Source: Phaeosaccion multiseriatum
Taxonomy: Eukaryota; Protista; Ochrophyta, other classes
NCBI GenBank assembly: GCA_965112735.1
Contig: OZ218958.1
Span: 1,426,001 to 1,490,000 of the forward strand
Direction of reading: 5' to 3'
Length of the DNA: 64,000 nucleotides
Positions 59,648-64,000 of the stretch are shown here, in pieces. Both the position numbers and the translations under genes were made by a program. Within the stretch, counting starts at the first letter, position 1; each line of letters begins with the position of its first letter. The notes beneath the pieces are model-generated. The model was not told where the DNA came from. It was given only the letters and a program-made list of their open reading frames with translations, and ran no database searches.

Positions 59648-62600
59648 ATGCCGCGTACTGCCTGGTCACTGCTCTGTGGCTCTGGCCTGTTGCTGAGGAC
59701 GACGACTGCTATCACAGGTACTTTTTACATCATTGGACTGGCACCTGTGCTTAGACACGAAAGCGTAATGCGACAGCGAGGATGAGGTCAGCCCCCTCCT
59801 GACAATACTCTTCCTTTTTCTCTTCTCTTTACTTACGACGTTCCTCCAACTATCCAACCAAAACCCCCTTTTGATGTTTGTTGCAATGCTCGTATATTGT
59901 TGCAATGCCTCACACGCTTCCTCCCCTCCCTCCTGCCCTCTTGGGGTTTCAGTCGCCAATGTTAGAGCGCCTGCCGGTTTAGACGTGCCCTCCGGAGGCA
60001 TCCCTCACACCAGTGTCGTGATTGACAACCTCGGAGGCACTGGCGCCTACAATGACGTCGTCGGCATGGAGGACACGTCTTCCACAGGACGTGAGTAGCT
60101 CGTCAGGTCTGCTCCACTCTCAACGTCCCTGGCGCGGGTTGCCCGCAGTTTTGTCGTCTTATTTCATGCCTATACTTGTTTTTCTCACGCTGCTTTGCCT
60201 CCTTCGTCGGCTTGGCCCTCGTGTAATGCCCGTACCGTGCTGCAGCCGACTGGAACGTTTGCAGCGCTGCGTCAGGTGTCAGAGGCTGTTCCAAGGAGCC
60301 CCTTTGCGTGGAAGACAATATAGCACCGTTTAACGAACCGGTGAGTGAGGGGAGTGAGTGAATGCATGCGTGAGGGAAGGAGCAAAGGAGGGCCACAGAG
60401 GGGTGGGGGGGACATTGGGCACCACATCCATTCCCTCAAGTACTTGTAGTACTGGACTTGCTGTCGCCGTTACGCCCTCTCTGACGCCCCCTTCCTCCTC
60501 CGCCTCCTTCCCCCCCTCCAACAGTTGGGTATTGCGTTCCGAGGACCCTTGAATATTTACAACGTGGCCTGGTACGAGGGCACAGCCGAGTCTGACTGGG
60601 GGCAGACTGCGCGCTGGGGAGAGGGCAACAGCCGCAACGTCGCTTGGATGAAGAACGACGGTAACCCGTCATGTGGGTCGGAGTGGGGCCCTTGTCATGG
60701 GAGCTCGCAGGTGAGAGAGAGCAGCGGCAAAGGGGAAGCGTGTGGCGTGGCGTGGCGTCTTCTCAAGCACCTTACAACCTTGTCGTTCCCGCTCTCTCCC
60801 TTTCCCTCTGTTCACGCTTGTTGCGCAGTCGTACGCAATGTCGCCAACGGAGTGCTCGAGCAGTCCCTCCAACGCGTTCAACGGCAGAGTGGAGCACACG
60901 CAGGAGATCAACCTCATGTCCTCCTCCCAATGCAGCGCCAATGGAGGCGACAACTGCGGTGTGAGCCGAGGCATCAACAACCGCGGCGTTGGCGGAGGCG
61001 CCGATGGGTCCAAGGCCTTTGTGGTGGAGGTAGACATGCCTCGGTGCGGAAGTATGGGAATGGACGCGTGTGAGCACGGACAAGACATACCCGCGGTTTG
61101 GGCTCTCAACGCCAAGGTAAGACGGGTGATAAGCGCATGAAGGGGGGGGCGGAGGTTTTTTTTTTGTTCGACAAAGAGGGTGACTTACGGTACGTACGCT
61201 TCTGAGCTGGGCTTTCCGTGCGCTCCTTTCCCCCTCCCCTCCCCACAGATCTTCCACTCCGCACAGTACGGCTGCAACTGCCACGAGGGATGCGGAGAGT
61301 TTGACATCGTAGAGACGCTCGGGTTCGCACAGCCCAGAGACGCCCTCATCACCACTGCCTACGACATCAAGGGAACCGGCAGCCCGGGCTACTCGCACTA
61401 CTTTGCCCGCCCCACCACCTACCGCGCGACGTACATGACCGTCTTCAAAGGGGGCCCGAACGGTTACATTCAGGTGGCCGAGCTCGACAACTTCAACTTC
61501 GGGTCCTCCACCCTGACCAACAGTCAGAGGCAGAGCCTTCGCCAGCAGAACGAAGTCGAGGCGTCCATTCGAAATGTGTACCACATGTAAGTCAAGTCTA
61601 CACCGCAAAGGAGAGTGAGAGAGCAGTCAGCTCCTCCCTCCCACCCCTCCTTCGTCTCTTCCTCCGACCGTCTCTCACCCTCGTACCTCCGCCTTACCTG
61701 TTGGTTGTTCGATGTCCGCCCCTCACAGGCCATGCTCCAATCCAGTAAACCTCAGCCCTGGTGGAGCTCCAGCCCCCAGCGTTCCCGTCCCTTCCACCGC
61801 ACCCCCAACCACACCCCCAACCACACCCCCAACCACACCCCCAACCGCACCTCCCACCGCACCTCCCACCGCACCTCCAACTGCACCTCCAACTGCAGCT
61901 CCCACCGCACCTCCCACCGCACCTCCCACCGCACCTCCCACCACACCTCCAACCACACCTCCAACCACACCGTCAGCTCCCGCAGCGCCTCGCACAGCTC
62001 CCACCGAACCTCCCACCACGCCTCCCACCGCACCTCCCACCACACCTCCCACCGCACCTCCCACCGCACCTCCCACCGCACCTCCCACCGCACCTCCCAC
62101 CACACCTCCCACCACACCTCCAACCACACCATCATCTCCCGCAGCACCTCGCACAGCTCCCACCCCTCCCACCCCTCCCACCAGCACCGCCCCTCCCACC
62201 TCAACTTCCGTCAGCCCTGCCACCACCCCGCCCACCACCGAGACTCTTTCTCCCGTTCCCCTCCTTTCAAACGACGTTACCCAAGCGCCCGTGCTGCCCG
62301 ACACGCCCTTGGCCTGTCGGGGCGTCGGAGTATGCGGTGAGTGAATCGTATCAAGCAAGGCTACAGCTTTCCGAGGCCCACCCTCCCATCCTTCGCTCCC
62401 TCCTGCCTGCCGCTGACATATCCCAACCCACCGTTTCGCACGCACGCACACACGCACGCACGCATACACTCCCTGCTCCCTTCCCTTCCGGACGCAGGCG
62501 TGGGCGGCGCAAGTTGCGAGCTCGAGCCATCATGCAGCACCGAGGGCGGCTTCGGCTGCCTTCTGAGTGGATCGCTTTGCCGTTACTGCGGTTTCGGAAC

Positions 62601-63183
62601 GTACCCGCGCTGTGGTAGTGGATCGGCTATTAGATCCTGCATCGGCGTGGCCGCGTGTGGCGTTGGCGACCAAACTTGTGAAGTGCATGACGCGTGTGAG
62701 AGGGGCGGGGTAGGGTGTATTCCTGGCGGTTCGAACTGCCGCTTCTGTGGATTCGGAGGCTTTAGGGCGTGCACCTCGGGGGGTATATCGGGAGGGGAGT
62801 CTCCGGTTAGTACTGACGCGTGCGCAGAAAAGTGCACTGCGGCAGAGCCCTGCTATACAGACGCGAGGTGTTCGACAGGGCAAGAAAGCTTGGGGTGCGG
62901 CGCCCGTGGAGACCCAGAGTGCAGGTGAGACGAGTAGGGGAAGGAGCGAGGAGCGAGCTGGAGCTGCAATGGAGGCGAGGCACAGCCAGTACATCTTTGC
63001 TTCGCTCGTTGCCTCGTACAGATTCCTCATTGCCTGGGTAGAGCTCGTTCTGCTGACCAAAGCGCCCCCTAATCTCCTCTCCTCTCCTCTCCTCTCCTCT
63101 CCTCTCCTCTCCTCTCCCCTCTCCCCGCTACTATCGTAAGGTTCTGCGGCTTTGGGAACTTCGCACCAGTCGTCTGCCGTTGA
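59648..63183 (+). CDS. Secreted TOS1/YJL171C-like glycoside hydrolase + long (PPTA/PPTT)n linker + 3 Cys-rich repeats, copy 2
   Basis: Same exon structure and motifs as copy 1; ends CRFCGFGNFAPVVCR*. Confidence 0.82.
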
Positions 63184-63452
63184 GGGCGCTGAGGACGCGC
63201 GCGCGTTGCTGGAGGAACATCCATCGATCCATAGCGATCACTGTCATTATAAGATATTTGTTCCTTCTATCGTACCACGACGTCGTCTTCCCGACCTAAT
63301 ACACTGTTATCTTAACATGTTGCCACGCTCCAGTCCACGCTACTGCTGGCTGCCCACCCAAGCGGCGCGGATCCCTCCTTTCTCCCTACCCCTCCCATAG
63401 TATACATACACTACTCATTACGCCCGTACACACATGCAATGCCGGCCCCCCT

Positions 63453-64000
63453 TCAGCTCTTCGGCGCCAACGTGCCCTTGGCGGTTTCCCCTGCGTCGCC
63501 CTTCATCACCTCTTGAGTCTTGCCTCCGGCTTTTTCAGCCCCGCCGCTGAACTTGCTCTTCAAATCATCGCCGAAGACGGAATCTCTGCCGAGCGCGGAC
63601 TCAGTGCTGAAGAGTGACTCCTTTGCGCTTGCTGCGGCGCCCTCAGAGATGGTCTCCACGGCACTCCCGGCGACTTCCCCAACCTTCTCCTTCGCCGTAT
63701 TGGCCGTGTCCCCAACTGTGTCCTTGGCGCTTGCCGCGCTGTCCTTCACGCTGCTGGCCCCCTCAGAGATGGTCTCCTTGGTGCCCTCAAGTGTCTCAGA
63801 GGCCTTGAGCTCCTCCAAGGTCTCCTTGGCACCCTCAAGTGTCTCGGAGACGGTCTCTTTGGCACCCTCAATTGTCTCGGAGGCCTTGTCCGCCACAGTG
63901 CCCTTCTGGGCCGAGTCCGCAGACTCGCCGGCACGGGCCGAGTCCGCAGACTCGCCGGCACGGGCCGAGTCCGCAGACTCGCCGGCCTTCTCGGACTTCT
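63453..64000 (-). CDS. LEA group-3-like hydrophilic repeat protein (5' end beyond window)
   Basis: 11-mer repeats AKETVSETLEG/TKETISEGASS/AKDTVGDTANT; the frame stays open to the window end through 27-nt repeats encoding AGESADSAR. Confidence 0.7.
   Translation of the reverse strand, partial: KSEKAGESADSARAGESADSARAGESADSAQKGTVADKASETIEGAKETVSETLEGAKETLEELKASETLEGTKETISEGASSVKDSAASAKDTVGDTANTAKEKVGEVAGSAVETISEGAAASAKESLFSTESALGRDSVFGDDLKSKFSGGAEKAGGKTQEVMKGDAGETAKGTLAPKS

Overview
Eukaryotic, intron-rich, microsatellite-laden genomic DNA, most consistent with a stramenopile (probably ochrophyte) alga; the taxon is inferred from the CryptonS element, TOS1-like genes and gene style. Most ORF-track entries are artefacts of GGA/CCT/GT/CA repeats, so I rebuilt gene models by hand from GT-AG junctions and protein motifs. 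Left to right: a CryptonS-type tyrosine-recombinase transposon with intact catalytic residues (truncated by the window start and mostly missed by the ORF track); an atypical tRNA-Phe(GAA); a long coiled-coil ORF; SCFD2/MIP3-like Sec1 protein; a stand-alone intronless Dicer/RIG-I-type helicase with a C-terminal dsRBD/DUF283-like domain and no RNase III; PCBD; an EF-hand-MFS transporter; cathepsin L-like protease; a DUF4291-like + FSH1 fusion lacking the catalytic serine; DNA polymerase iota; two paralogous orphan genes; APC8/CDC23; a MYND-finger protein; ADCK1-like kinase; two tandem secreted TOS1/GH16-like genes with Cys-rich CR[FY]CGFG repeats; and a LEA-like gene cut by the window end. Best candidates for undescribed biology are the 'Dicer front half' helicase, the DUF4291-FSH1 fusion, the EF-hand MFS carrier and the TOS1-Cys-repeat proteins. 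Family assignments come from motif recognition only; no searches were run.
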